Shown: positions 24,546 through 38,689 of the stretch, piece after piece
Position numbering within the stretch: the first letter of the stretch is position 1
Layout: each line of letters starts with the position of its first letter
Assembly: GCA_951406725.2 (NCBI GenBank)
Contig: OX597814.1
Location: 185,256,001-185,320,000, forward strand
From: Octopus vulgaris
Lineage: Eukaryota
Direction: 5' to 3'
DNA length: 64,000 bases
The notes under the pieces: model-generated
Databases searched by the model: none
Told to the model about the DNA's origin: nothing
Seen by the model: the letters and a program-made list of their open reading frames with translations, nothing else
Translations under genes and position numbers: made by a program

Positions 24546-24689
24546 CGTCGTATATATGTATATATATGTGTGTGTTTGTGTGTCTGTTTGTCCCCCTATC
24601 ATTGCTTGACAACCGATGGTGGTGTGTTTAGGTCCCCGTCATTTAGCGGTTCGGCAAAAGAGACCGATAGAATAAGTACTAGGCTTACA
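24546..24689 (+). mobile_element. SINE A middle fragment
   Basis: GCTTGACAACCGATG...GAGACCGATAGAATAAGTACTAGGCTTAC. Confidence 0.85.
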
Positions 24690-25280
24690 GCTGTAATCAG
24701 CTTAATATGACCGTTTTCAGAAAGTCTGTTGATGGAAGTCTTCTAAAAACAAAAAAAGCTGCTGGAAGCGATTTTCATCTGGAGCTGAAAATTAAATCTT
24801 TTCTACATTAAGTTTTGTTGTATGAATTTTCTTGGAGGATTGATTTTGTTGTGTATTTTCATGCGGATTTATGTCGTTACTCTGGGCAACTAATGTTTAT
24901 TCAGTTCTCTCGTGAGAAATATATTCCATAATTGAGAAAATTGTTGGAATGTGTTATACTCTACTTCTATAAATATCATGTCTAATGAGGAACAAATACG
25001 TGTCCACAGCTGTCCTTTTGTCACCAGACAATTAGGCTGTACTTTTCTTAATGATTTGTGAGATATAGAAAAACTTGATTCGTAAGATTACCTCCCCTTC
25101 TCATTAAGAGTCGTTGTAATTGTCATTAGGTATTTGTTTATCCAATAATACTCTCGAACGAAAAATAGCTTCAATAAATCAAGTTATTCTTCTTTGATAT
25201 TTGACACACCTATAATTGTCGTCATAGTATACATCGCATGTGTGTAGATACTTATTATGCATGTATACGTACATACTATG

Positions 25281-25343
<63 letters not shown>

Positions 25344-25424
25344 CTTATATGAGAAAAAGGAAATGGAATAATTAATATATAGACATCAGTTTATTTGAAC
25401 AAATTCCATTCAATATAACATCAA

Positions 25425-25537
25425 ATTCTTTACAGCTGTTTCGATGCCCAATTGATTCAATTTGAGAAATTAAATTAAACTAAATTAAATTAAATTTTCA
25501 TATTGAATATCGAAAATTAGGATTTTCGTCAGGGGAA
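25425..25537 (-). ncRNA. Hammerhead motif with long stem II (partly decayed)
   Basis: Minus: CTGACGA..CCTAATT/AATTGGG..GAAA-CAGCTG-TA; palindrome ACAGCTGT; stem I mismatched. Confidence 0.6.
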
Positions 25538-26988
25538 AAAATTTGTTAAAAAGGAGCTACATTCCAATGTGTTGATTGGCTTTTGATAGACTCAGATATG
25601 TGTGTTTCAGCAACAGATGTATTTACAAAAACGTTAGTATTCCTATGTATTTATGCGTGCGAGTGTGTGTTAAAGTGTTGAATGCTACAGAATAATGACG
25701 GATCGAAACTACTTACTAGTTACCATAGTTAAATAATACGTCATCGATATTAGCGCACAATAATGAGAAAAGAAATAAACGATCTAATCGAGGAAAACAT
25801 AAATATTAACGAATCAAATTAATAAACTAATAAAGTTAAAACCAATATTAAATTAATACATTGCATCTCTACCTTAAATTAATTAACCATTCATATGCTA
25901 TTAATCATATATTCTCAAGGTATATGCCTAAATTAAAATTTCTGTAAACTATATATAATATATACTACTGTTACCTGTACATAAAACTTTATATTTATAT
26001 TAACCATTTAATTTATACCTTAATACGATATCTATTAAGAATTATTTAATCGTTTTAATTACAGAAGTATGTATATTAATCATGAAATACTGCCTGATTC
26101 AAGATTCCAGTAACCTTACAATTATACCTAATTTATTCTTTAAATTAGATATAATGGTAGTTTCTGAAAACATATTTATAGTTGTGAACACATGAAACAC
26201 TAGTTTCCCTCCTCGCATTCAAGAGTCGACGCCTCGAATACAAGATATGAAAAAAGTTCTTCCGTTCAGAGAAAACAAAAGGCGTTTCGAACTTTATAGG
26301 CACTAGCCTTGCTTACAATTTCCCCCGAAATTACTAGCTGCTTAACCAGACGGGAAGCCAAGTTAAAACCAAAACGGAGAGTGAAGAAGGCGATAAAAAA
26401 AGTTACTGTCATCATTATGTATCTGAACATTTAAAGTGAGTTTTTGACATTACTTCCCTTCTGACTGGAAAGGGAACTCATACGTTTCCTACACTATATT
26501 TGCAAGGGATTTTGTCAAAGCTAAAAAAAAATATAACGGTTATGCTTACAATTGAGAGTGACTTTCAAAAATGTATTTGCTGTCCAGTACTACTGAGTTA
26601 CGCATAGAATATTTTATGCTGAAATATCAGCTATATAGATATATTGATGCTATATCGTCAGTTACGATATTTTATGTGTGCGTGTGTAACAATATATCAC
26701 AGTACTAAATATAACCGTATAACAAAAAACAATGTAACAAAAGTTGGTTATCTTATTATAACCGTTCGCATATTGTCAATCCAATACTCCAAAGCAGAAT
26801 CAATAACGAGACTAACGCTTTCACAGTTCGACCTCAACCGTCTACTGGCTCATCTCATTCTCCAAAGCTATTTATGAAAATATGCTGATCTAAGTGTCTT
26901 AATATGTTTGCAGCGGTGTAGAATTTACAATGTAATTATTCTTTTTCTTTCCAGGTTCCATTATATTAAACATTTGCGAAGAGTAACC

Positions 26989-27078
26989 ATGCCACACACA
27001 AGAAATTCAGCAGAACTGTCAGATTTTCAAAGAGGTCGTATTGTTGGACAATCTGAGGCTGGTCTTAGCCAGCAATTA
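26989..27078 (+). mobile_element. Tc1-like transposase N-terminal fragment
   Basis: MPHTRNSAELSDFQRGRIVGQSEAGLSQQL, typical Tc1 paired-like HTH start; preceded by a CTTTTTCTTTCCAG acceptor-like tract. Confidence 0.75.
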
Positions 27079-27576
27079 TGAAAATTGAGTGAAATAAATG
27101 TCAAAATGTATGTATATATATATATATAAGAAAATGAAGCAACGTAAAATATAGTTACGTTATGAACTATGAGTCCACTGCATCTTACAGCAGAAAGAGA
27201 TGTAAGCAAATGAGAAGATCATAACATAACGGTCTATTTTTTTGGGGGGGGTCGCCTCATTTTCTTATTACCGCACTATAATCATCTAACATTTCGTTCT
27301 GAAGCATATGTATATTGAGTTCAAGACCGGATTATTAACCTTGCAATGCCTAAGCGAAATATATGTATACACAGACAGGCAGGAAGTAAATAGTCACCTT
27401 TGATTTTCAAAATCCTTTATTTAATACTCAAAGCGAGCAATTGAAATATAATCGATAGGTAGGACTACATAATTCAGTTTTTAGTTGACATTCCTTTTGT
27501 AGTTTTTAATTCAGAAACTCTTTTTGGTATTGAACTGATGAGCTTTGTGATTGTCTCTTGTGGAATTTCTGCCCAC

Positions 27577-27890
27577 ACCGGGCGTTGTGAGTGTTTATTG
27601 AGGGAAAACACCTAAAGCCCCACGAAGCTCCAGTAGGGCGGTGGCGAACCCTGCTGTACTCTTTCACCACAACTTTCTCTCACTCTTTCTTTCTGTTTCT
27701 GTTGTACCTGTATTTCAAAGGGCCAGTCTTATCACACTCTGTTTCACGCTGAATCTCTCCGAGAACTACGTTAAGGGTACATGTGTCTGTGGAGGGCTCA
27801 GCCACTTGCACGTTAATTTCACGAGCAGGCTGTTCCGTTGATCGGATCAACTGGAACCCTCGTCGTCGTAACCGACGGAGTGCCACCAAC
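27577..27890 (+). mobile_element. SINE family C, 5'-truncated
   Basis: Matches the reverse complement of 36886-37269. Confidence 0.9.
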
Positions 27891-28309
27891 ATCCTCAAGT
27901 GGTGGAGATAAATGAAGTAAATCAAGAATTTATGTTGCATATTTTATATACACGTAATTGTCAACGTTATAGAAATACATGCCATTGGCCACTCTCAGTT
28001 TCTTTTCTTAGCTCATTTTTGTTTAAATTAGGCAAATTACCTTGGGCATAAATGTGTTCTATTGTATTTTGCATAAGTCTAAAATCCCTTGGCTGGAGTT
28101 AATGTTGGACAATCGTCGTGCTAATGACGGCTATTCTCGACTGTCTCTTATCTCCGGTCAATAAGCCTGTCTTTTTCACAAATGACATGCCAGCTTCGGA
28201 GACTTCTTGAATCATAAGATTATCTCTCTTTCTCAAGTGGAGTTTGTCTTGATTGTAATTTTGTAATTATGATACACCCTCTAGAGGCGAAAATGCATAC
28301 ATACATATA

Positions 28310-28620
28310 GGCGCAGGAGTGGCTGTGTGGTAAGTAGCTTGCTTACCAACCACGTGGTTCCGGGTTCAGTCCCACTGCGTGGCACCTTGGGCAAGTGTCT
28401 TCTACTATAGCCTCGGGCCGACCAAAGGCTTGTGAGTGGATTTGGTTGACGGAAACTGAAAGAAGCCCGTCGCATATATGTATATATATATATATGTATG
28501 TGTGTGTATATGTTTGTGTGTCTGTTCCCCCCTCCCCCAACATCACTTGACAACCTATGCTGGTGTGTTTACGCCTCCGTAACTTAGCGGTTCGGCAAAA
28601 GTGACCGAAAGAATAAGTCC
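28310..28620 (+). mobile_element. SINE A, 3'-truncated
   Basis: Intact head and body, ending at a triplet-repeat field. Confidence 0.92.
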
Positions 28621-28931
28621 TACCACCATCAGTACGATCATCCACCTCACCAGCATTACATCCGCCACTACCACAAGTACCATCACCATCAACACGACTA
28701 GCATCATCATCACTATAGCCATTACCATCACTACTGTTATCATCATCACCATCAAGCCTATCAGCACCACGATAGTCATCATCAACGAGATTAGGATTAG
28801 CATCATTATCATCGTCACCACTTGCACCAACTATCAACATTATCAACATCATCACCGACAACGAAAACATAGGCGCCGTCATCTCCGCAGCAACCATTGC
28901 TGTAAGTACCACCAACAACAACACCAGCACT

Positions 28932-28971
<40 letters not shown>

Positions 28972-29107
28972 CCATCATCATTATCATCATCATCATCATC
29001 TTTATCAACTGATGACCACCACTGTGAACATCAACACAGCAAGCATAACCATCATCATTATAAACCACCTGTACTGACGTCACCACCACCACCACCACCA
29101 CCACGAC

Positions 29108-29156
<49 letters not shown>

Positions 29157-29260
29157 GTCATCGTCATCAGTACTTTCATCACTAGTCTCATCATCAAGGC
29201 TACTAACACCACCAATCATCTCCAACACGGCGATTTCCATTCTTCTTCTTCTGCTGCTAT

Positions 29261-29297
<37 letters not shown>

Positions 29298-29314
29298 GCC
29301 ACCACCACTATTAC

Positions 29315-29345
<31 letters not shown>

Positions 29346-29369
29346 GCCACCACCACTATTACTACTACT

Positions 29370-29413
<44 letters not shown>

Positions 29414-29544
29414 TTGCTATTACTACTACTTACAACACTAGCACCACTACCACCACCACCACCAACTACCACCTCTACAACTGCTTTCCCTAATCCACTC
29501 CTTTCCCTTTTCCTCTTTTTCTTCCACAACTACTACCACTACTG

Positions 29545-29584
<40 letters not shown>

Positions 29585-29690
29585 AACTACCACCACTACT
29601 ACTACTACTACTACAACTACTACCACTACTATTATCGTTATTTTTATTTTTATTGTTGTTGTTGTTGTTGTTGTTATGGCTATCGCCACC
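28621..29690. repeat. ~1 kb degenerate (CAT/CAC/CTA)n low-complexity field
   Basis: Direct reading. Confidence 0.9.
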
Positions 29691-30060
29691 ATTAAAGCTG
29701 ACATTGCCACAACCGCTACTGCCGCGACTAGCCCTAACCCTTCCTGTTTGACCACTTGCATTCTAGTACAACTCTGTCCATTCTATAAACAGAGAATAAT
29801 CCATTGATTTTCTTTTTTTTTTCTTTTTTGCAGAAGAAAAGTAGTTTTGCTTTGTTTTGTGTTCTTTTTGGTTTGTTATTTTCTTCTTTCGGACGTATTA
29901 CTTTCTTCGCTGTTTATGTGTTCATCTGCTCATGCGCACATAAGATTGCACATAGATTTTTCACATAGAAAGCTAGATATGCATACGTACAATTAAAACA
30001 TACCTAAGTACATGCTTGAATACACACGTTTACACACACACACACACATACACATGCATA

Positions 30061-30180
<120 letters not shown>

Positions 30181-30586
30181 ATATATATATAAAACTACAT
30201 ATATAGTTATATGTATTTATATAAATATAGTTATATATGTATGTATGTATATATATATATATATATATATAAACAAATATGCTCATGGACAGCATATATA
30301 CATATATATTACATAGACATACATATGTACATACATATCATATATACATATATGTGTGCATGCATGTATGTATATATGTATATGTATGAATGTATACGCA
30401 CATAGATCATCGCTTGAACTCGATTATGTGTGAGTGTGTGTATTGATACAACTGTATATATTCACACGCACATGCACACACACATGCACTCGTGCATATA
30501 CACACACATGCACTCACATTCACGTGCATACATCTCATCAATTTGGCACACATTCTGTATAAATATATATATGTGTGTATGTATGT

Positions 30587-30620
<34 letters not shown>

Positions 30621-30621
30621 T

Positions 30622-30685
<64 letters not shown>

Positions 30686-30813
30686 CACACACATAAGAAC
30701 ACATATAGACAAACACGCCAATCCACTCGAAACACACAAATACATATATATTCACACATACACACGCATGCACACCTACACACGATTGCACACATACAAA
30801 CACGTGCTCATAC

Positions 30814-31003
30814 TTAATTCCGAAGACACAGCCAGAACATCGGATTGATCGTATGTTGTTAGTATTTCGCCTCCATTTTGTGTTTGTTTTCCACCGGATT
30901 CTAAGCACTGCCGTATTGATTGCTTTCTTTCTTTGTGGACAATGACCAATTCCAAGTAAGGATTTCTGCTATCAGACAACAGCCACGAGAACACATTGTC
31001 ATC
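30814..31003 (-). CDS. Candidate isolated coding exon, product unknown
   Basis: Non-repetitive 190-nt island bounded by ..TATAG| and |GTATGA; open as DDNVFSWLLSDSRNPYLELVIVHKERKQSIRQC...; no recognised homology. Confidence 0.25.
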
Positions 31004-31682
31004 CTATAATTCTACATTACAGAAAACTGATATGGAAATTATCTTAGCTGAGTGTCTCTGTGAGAAATTATTTATCAAATAATAGCAAAAATACAAAAAT
31101 AGCCATAAAACACATGTGATATTTTCTTATAAGCTTATGTGTAAATCTCAGACAGCGCCTAATTGCCTAAGTTAGTTTTTGTTTATTTTTGTCTTCATTT
31201 CAAAGCCACGTCTTCTCTCACCGTCACTACCATATCAGACTACCATATTTATTCTGCCATCAAAATAAAGAAAAAAAAATCAATCCATATGTCTTTATGT
31301 GTATGTGTGTGTATTTGTGTCAGTGTGAACGTAAATATCCGTATATGTGTGCATATAAATAAATATACGTGTGCTGCATTTTGATATATGCACAAATAAG
31401 TAGTGGATTTTTTTTTATGTCTATGTCTATTGATGTATTCATGAATGTGTGCAAGTGTACATGTGTACATGTATGTATGCGAATATATATGCATGAATGT
31501 GTATGTATGTGTATGTACATTCCTTACATACATATGATAATAGTAATGAACGCAAAAGTACTCAATACTGAGACAGGTTGTAGATAAATCATAATGTCAG
31601 CCAAACTGCCTAAAACAATACGTTTCACCAAAGATAAATATGTTCGAATCCAGAATAAACGCAAAATCAAAGATTGATGTTT

Positions 31683-31748
31683 TCAATACGCTTGTTTCTA
31701 GTTGTTATGTAAGATAACCCTTTACATAATGCAACCTTCTTCAGTCGA
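31683..31748 (-). ncRNA. Minimal type-I hammerhead ribozyme motif
   Basis: Minus: TCGA-CTGAAGA-aGGTTG..TTATGTAA/TTACATAA..CAACTa-GAAA-CAAGCG-TA-TTGA. Confidence 0.7.
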
Positions 31749-32416
31749 TATCTCAATATATGTGTCAGACACAGAGGTGTAAAAATACGATGATCTTTAA
31801 ACTGACCATAGTGTTTTTACGCCATTTTTGTCTCCAGTGTCACCAGTTCAAATATCTCTCCATATTTAAACCAATATCGAACTTATCAACTTCGCACTCG
31901 TTGCCCAGTGAATCTATTAATGATTTTACAACGGCTTAGTAGCCGAAATACAGCCACACCTAATAATTGTGGTTGGTCTTTTTTATATATATAAGAGACA
32001 TCTAGTATCTTAGTTCAGAATGGACTATCTTTGGTATTTCGTGCTGAGAAGAAGGTAACTTATTCAAAATACATGTAGTTAACATATGTGAACTGACCAT
32101 GATGTTTACCCATCTTTTTGTCTCCGGCGAATATACTTCTCTATGACAAGCAATGGTGAAAAACCTTTTTATTTGAACTGGAATCAGATTTATACATATA
32201 TTTGTGTGTGTGTGTGTGTTATAAGTATATATTTTGTATATTATACATATTGTATATACAGAGAGAGAGAGATTAATATTACATGTATAACGTGTGTGTA
32301 TATATATATATATTGTTTTTTGACGAGTAAAACTAGTGCATATATATGTCTGTGAGTTTATCCATCAATCTATCTATCTCTCTATACGCACATACATACA
32401 TTTAATCGACGTATCT

Positions 32417-33527
32417 ATTGGGTTGGCAACTAAGTTCCCGCTGTTATTTTTAATTTAAATTTTTTAAAAGGTTTAATAAAAATAATAACAATTAATTAAT
32501 CAATAATGTTTTCACCCTTGTTGTTTACAACTTCTTCCCAACGTTCAACAAAATTGTCAAGAAATCACCCGATTTCGACTCGAAAAATTGATCCGACCAA
32601 CCTCTCAATTCTGCATCAGCATTGAACGAAACTCTGCGCGTAGCATTTGAAAGAGATCGAAAGAGGTGCAAATCAGGAGAGTACGGCGGGTGTGGCAGCA
32701 CTTCCCAGCCATGCATTTGAATGGCTTCCTTGGTCATATTGGTGATATGAGGGTGGGCGTTGTCGTGCAGCAGAACTACATGCTGCCAATTAGGTCATTT
32801 CTCTTGAATAGCCGTGTTGAGTCGTTCCATCTGTTGAGTTCCATCTGTTGAGTTCCACGTTGACCGTTTGGTTCCGTTCAAGCAATTCGTAATGGATAAT
32901 CCCTTCCCAGTCCCACCATACGCACAAAATCGTTTTACGCGGATGAAGATCTTGTTTCATGCGCGGTGTCGCTTGTTTACCGGGGCTAAGCCATTCCTTA
33001 AGCTGTTTCATATTGATGTACAGGCACCATTTTTCGTCGCCAGTACCGATTCGGTAAAGCAATCGTTGCTTGTGTCCATGAGTTGTGCGGTAACGAGCAA
33101 GCAAACCAGCGGAGATTGTGGCTCGTTGATGTTTGTTGTTGTCACTTAAAGCATGCGGAACCCATGCACCATACTCCTGGACCTTTCCCATCGAGTAAAG
33201 ATGCTTCTCTATAGCAATGTGGGAGCATTCCATTTTCTCTGCCCGTTCCCTTGTCGTTTGACGAGAATTTTCGTGCAAAAGTTGGTTCAATCCACAACTG
33301 GACGGCCAGAACGAAGTGCGTCTTTGAGGTCAAAATTTCCATTTTTGAACTTGGAATACCAATCACGAGCGGTTCTTTCAGCTATGGCACCTTCTTGATA
33401 CACAGCACAAATGTCGCGAGCAGTTTTTTTCAGCCTTAGAACATTGATTAAAAGCGAAAATAAGGAGGTGACGAAAATGTTTGTTTTCTTAACTTGACAT
33501 TCCATTTTAATGATCTGAAAAATAAAC
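32417..33527 (-). mobile_element. Near full-length mariner transposon, pseudogenised
   Basis: RSGRP, WVPHALS, TGDEKW, HPRKTILCVWWD, HDNAHPH, HPPYSPDL; TA+TTGGGTTGGCAACTAAG terminus; frameshifts; other end lost at a (TATG)n array. Confidence 0.95.
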
Positions 33528-33591
33528 ATGTATGTATGTATGTATGTATGTATGCATGTATGCATGTATGTATGTATGTATGTATGTATGC

Positions 33592-33624
<33 letters not shown>

Positions 33625-33749
33625 TGTATGTATGTATGTATGTATGTATGTATGTATGTATGTATGTATGTATGTATGTATGTATGTATGTATGTATGTA
33701 TGCATGTATGTATGTATGCATGCATGCATGTATGTATGCATGTATGCAT

Positions 33750-34104
33750 AGAACCGGTTTCCGACAAAGATACAAAGCTCCATATTTAGGATGTAGTTAT
33801 CACAGACAAATTCTTGCATATTTTTACTGTTCCACTCACAATTTGCACTTGTAATGTACGAATTAGCCGGTCCACTTCTGTTTCTGAAAATCCCAGTTTA
33901 TCCGGATTCTCCTTTAAGCATTTACTAACAAAATATAGTGCTCTAATTATGAATAATTGGTATAATTATGAATTCATAGTCTGGATACAGAAGCTGGAGT
34001 TTTTGAAGCCTTTGTCCATAGATATCCTATTTTTCTTTGATTTTCAAAGATATATTTATATCTGCAGGGCAGCTGACCTCTATGATGATACATACCTTTG
34101 TCCC
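33750..34104 (-). mobile_element. RLE-LINE 3' fragment between (TATG)n arrays
   Basis: VCIIIEVSCPADINISLKIKEK..LQLLYPDYEFIIIPII..LDKLGFSETEVDRLIRTLQVQIVSGTVKICK across frameshifts. Confidence 0.8.
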
Positions 34105-34498
34105 TCTGTGTATGTATGTATGTATGTATGTATGTATGTATGTATGTATGTATGTATGTATGTATGTATGTATGTATGTAGTTATGTATGTATATATGTA
34201 TGTATGCATGTACGTATGTATGTATGCATGTATTTATTTATCTATCTATCCATCTATCTATATATATACCTATGTGTGTGCATCCTAAAATGTATACATA
34301 GATATTATGTATATATTTATTTTTGCAGTATATATGTATGTATCTGTCTACATAAGTATGCATGTGTGTGTGGTGTGTACATATATATGTATGTATGTAT
34401 GTATCAATCTGTTTATCTATATGTCTCTCTGTATATCCATTTATCTTTCTATCTATCTTTCTAGCTAACTAACTATCCATCATCTATCTATCTATCTC

Positions 34499-34533
<35 letters not shown>

Positions 34534-34626
34534 GTATGTCTGTCTGTCTATCTATCTGTCTATCTATCTATCCATCTATCTATCTATCTCTATGTCTGTC
34601 TGTCTATCTATCTGTCTATCTATCTA

Positions 34627-34795
34627 TCCTCTCCCCCCCCTTTTTAAACCCCTCCCATTTTTTTGTCCTTTTTCCTTCCTTTTACGATCCCTTTTGATCG
34701 AAAACCACCACTCTCCTTTTTTACCCCCAAAAGAAAAGCTCTACCTTGTAATTTGTTCTATCTGTGTGCAGCCCTGTGTGGCTAATAAAGAAACA
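34627..34795 (+). mobile_element. Tx1/L1-like LINE 3' UTR fragment in (TATC)n
   Basis: GAAAAGCTCTAC.TTGTA.TTTGT...CCCTGTGTGGC.A.TAAAGAAA, shared with the end of 59501-60073. Confidence 0.7.
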
Positions 34796-35001
34796 TATCC
34801 ATCTATCTATCTATCTATCTATCTACCTACCTACCTACCTACCTACCTAGGTAGTACGTGATTCTGAGTACATATTTATGCAGTATGTATGTATCTATGT
34901 ACGTACGTGCCTATGTGTGTGTGTGTATACATATATTTTATGCATGTATTTATATATATATATATACATGCATATATTTATGCATTGTATATATGTATGT
35001 G

Positions 35002-35033
<32 letters not shown>

Positions 35034-35319
35034 TGTATGTATGTATGTATGTATGTATGTATGTATGTATGTATGTATGCATGCATGCAGATACCTCAAT
35101 GCGCATTTGTGTAAACAATAAAATCTTTCAATGAAATATGTTGGCAATACCTACAAAGGATTTGGTGAGCTAAAACATTTGCAATATGGTACTATAATCT
35201 TACCTTAAGCCTCTATCTAATGAGTTTAGACAGTGTTTTAGAGATTTAGTGGCCATTTGCCATGCCTGCAAAACGTAAAGTGCCAACTACCGAAATTTCT
35301 GCTTCTGCAAATTGGTTCG

Positions 35320-35445
<126 letters not shown>

Positions 35446-35474
35446 TGTGTGTGTGTGTGTGTGCCTGTGTGTTG

Positions 35475-35535
<61 letters not shown>

Positions 35536-35576
35536 TGTGTGCATGCGAACGCGCGTGTGTGTATGTGAATAGATAA

Positions 35577-35621
<45 letters not shown>

Positions 35622-36226
35622 TATAGATCGATACATAGATAGATATATATAAGTACACACACAAATATATACATGTATGTATGTATGTATGTATGTATGT
35701 ATGTATGTATGTATGTATGTATGTATGTATGTATGTATGTATATATGTGTGGTGGTGTGTGCCTCTTTCACACTGTGTCAGTGTGTGTGTGTGTGTGTGT
35801 GTATGTATGTGTGTGTGAGTGCGCGCGCGTGCACGTATGTGATAGGCAGAAAATATAGGATATTTGGTGCGAATTCTTCAGCGATAATTGAATTTCTTGC
35901 CTCTTACATTTGGAGTTGATTTTCCAACAGCAACCACTTTTCTGTCAATCCTCAAAGGTCAGCAGAACAGATTCTAATTACATACCGAAGAATAGAGTTT
36001 TATTTTATATTGTTCCCTTAATAATAGTCATTTTACTTATTTCGCCTCAGAGCAGCTCAGTCGTTTCCTCACCAACAAAATGTAACAACAAAATGTGATC
36101 TCAAAATACGTTCTTGAAACCTACAGACCTTTGAGCTTTTTATAAGAGGAGTACAATACAAAATATGTGATGAACTGCATATGCATTCTGTTTTATAACA
36201 ATTCATTCATATTCTACTAAAATACA

Positions 36227-36451
36227 CTCTTTTACTCTTTTACTTGTTTCAGCCATTTGACTGTGGCCATGCTGGAGCACCACCTTTAGTAGAGCAAATC
36301 GACCACAAGACTTATTCTTTGTAAGCCTAGTACTATCAGTGTCTTTTGCCGAACCGCTAAGTTACGAGGGCGTAAACACACAAGCATCGGTTGTCAAGCG
36401 ATGTTGAGGGGATAAGCACAGACACACAAACACACACACATACACACACAC

Positions 36452-36484
<33 letters not shown>

Positions 36485-36644
36485 CGACGGGCTTCTTTCA
36501 GCTTCCGTCTACCAAATTCACTCACTTTGGTCGGCCCAAGGATATAGTAGAAGACACTTGCCCAAGGTGCCACGCAGTGGGACTGAACCCGGAACCATGT
36601 GGTTGGTAAGCAAGCTACTTACCACACAGCCACTCCTACGCCTA
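36227..36644 (-). mobile_element. SINE A
   Basis: Full family A structure. Confidence 0.92.
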
Positions 36645-36885
36645 CAGTATAAGTTTTGTGATAAACTATATAAACAGCGCTTAGCATATTTGTGTTCGAA
36701 TCTGCCGGAACGTATTAAGAATATATTTAAAAGACACCGTTTCAGATTGCTCTATATACAGGGCAAATAACGATTTATTATTGATTGATATCAATACTGA
36801 TAAACATCGATTAACATATTTGTGTTAAAATCTGCCGGAACATATTAAGAAAAATTATGCACTTCATCATTTCGGGTTTTACTGT

Positions 36886-37269
36886 GGTTGACACTCCGTC
36901 GGTTACAACGACGAGGGTTCCAGTTGATCTGACCAACGGAACAGCCTGCTCGTGAAATTAATGTGCAAGTGGTTGAGCCCTCCACAGATATGTGTACCCT
37001 TAACAGAGATCTCGGGAGGATTCAGTGTGACGCAGAGTGTGACAAGGCTGGCCCTTTGAAATAGAGGTACAACAAAAACAGGAAGAAAGAGTGAGAGAAA
37101 GTTGTGGCGAAAGAGTATAGCAGGGTTCACCCCCCCCCCTGCCGGAGTCTCGTGGAGCTTTAGATGTTTTCCCTCCGTAACCACTCACAACGCCCGGTCT
37201 GAGAATCGAAACTGCGATCCTACAACCGCGAGTCTGCTGCCCTAACCACTGGGCCATTGCGCCTCCACA
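36886..37269 (-). mobile_element. SINE family C (tRNA-like head), full length with TSD
   Basis: Head TGGCCCAGTGGTTAGGGCAGCAGACTCGCGG..GTTTCGATTC; TSD GGT(T/C)TTACTGT at 36875-36885 and 37270-37280. Confidence 0.9.
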
Positions 37270-37318
37270 GGTCTTACTGTATACTGTGCAAATAACGATT
37301 TATTATAAATACAGTATT

Positions 37319-37538
37319 GAAGTGGTGAGCTGGCTGAATCGTTAGCACACAGGGTGAAATTCTTAGCGGTATTTCACCTGTCACTATGTTCTGAGTTCAA
37401 ATTCCACCGAGGTCGACTTTGCCTTTCACCCTTTCGAGGTTGATAAATTAAGCACTAGTGAAACCTTGGGGTCCGTGTGAGCGACTGTCCCCCTCCACAT
37501 AAAATTCAGGCTTTGTGCCTATGGTAGAAAGGATTATA
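37319..37538 (+). mobile_element. SINE B (GGCTTTGTGCCTAT..AGAAAGGATTAT tail)
   Basis: Head, B-box and core present. Confidence 0.88.
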
Positions 37539-37788
37539 TATACAGTATTACACATGCATTTTTACTGTAATATCTAATTCATTCACGTCAGGAGTCATGG
37601 TGTGTCAACTAGAAGCTGTACGTTTTGCAATATTCCGTCCAATAACTTTTCAAGTAGCATACAAGCTGTCTTGAAAATTCCGTCAAAGTCGAATTTGTGT
37701 TTCATTCTATACTAAATCTTGAACTGCACTGATATAAGCATCAAAAATGTTACAAAAGCTCAATGAAGTAGGAGTAGGAGTGGCTGTA

Positions 37789-37950
37789 GGCGTAAGAGTT
37801 GCTGTGTGGTAAGTAGCTTGCTTACCAACCACATGGTTCCGAGTTCAGTCCCACTGCGTGGCACCTTGGGTAAGTGTCTTCTACTATAGCCTCGGGCCGA
37901 CCAAATCCTTGTGAGTGGATTTGGTGGACGGAAACTGAAAGAAGCCCGTC

Positions 37951-37988
<38 letters not shown>

Positions 37989-38217
37989 GTGCGTGTTTGT
38001 GTGTCTGTGTTTGTCCCCCCAACGTCGCTTGACAACCGATGTTGGTGTGTTTACGTCCCCGTAACTTAAAGGTTCGGCAAAAAAAAGAGACAGATAAAAC
38101 ATAAGTACTAGGCTTACAAAGAATAAGTCCTGGAGTCGATTTGATCGAGTAAAGGCGGTGCTCCAGCATGGCCACAGTCACATGACTGAAACAAGTAAAA
38201 GAGTAAAGACTAAAGAG
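37789..38217 (+). mobile_element. SINE A
   Basis: Full family A structure. Confidence 0.92.
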
Positions 38218-38689
38218 AAGTGCAACTCTTTTCTGATTTTTTTTTTCCACCCCAAATCTTAAGAAAATGACTGCAAAATTGTATGACTTTTCCTGACATC
38301 ACCTCCTGATATAAGTGACTTTAATACACCAAGCCATAACTTATCAATGAATTTTAAATAAGCTGTCAAACATACTGACAGGACAAATCATTTTGTCCAC
38401 ACTGAAACAGAATTCTTTCAGCTATAAATTTCGGAAAAAAAGTGGATTTGGGTGTCAACAAGATCAATATTACTAGAAACAGGTTTTCCAATTTTGCTTC
38501 AATTGTCCTTTGATTTCTTTTCTGTAAACTGTCATATCTTTTTTAGCAAGTGACTACATTTTGACTTGTGAACGTTATAAGCCATGATAAGTATTTAACT
38601 ATGTCATAAGTTGAAATAATGGATTTTATTGTTTACGAGTAATAAAATAAATTTATGTTGAATGTATTGTATAGATAGTATATAAATGT

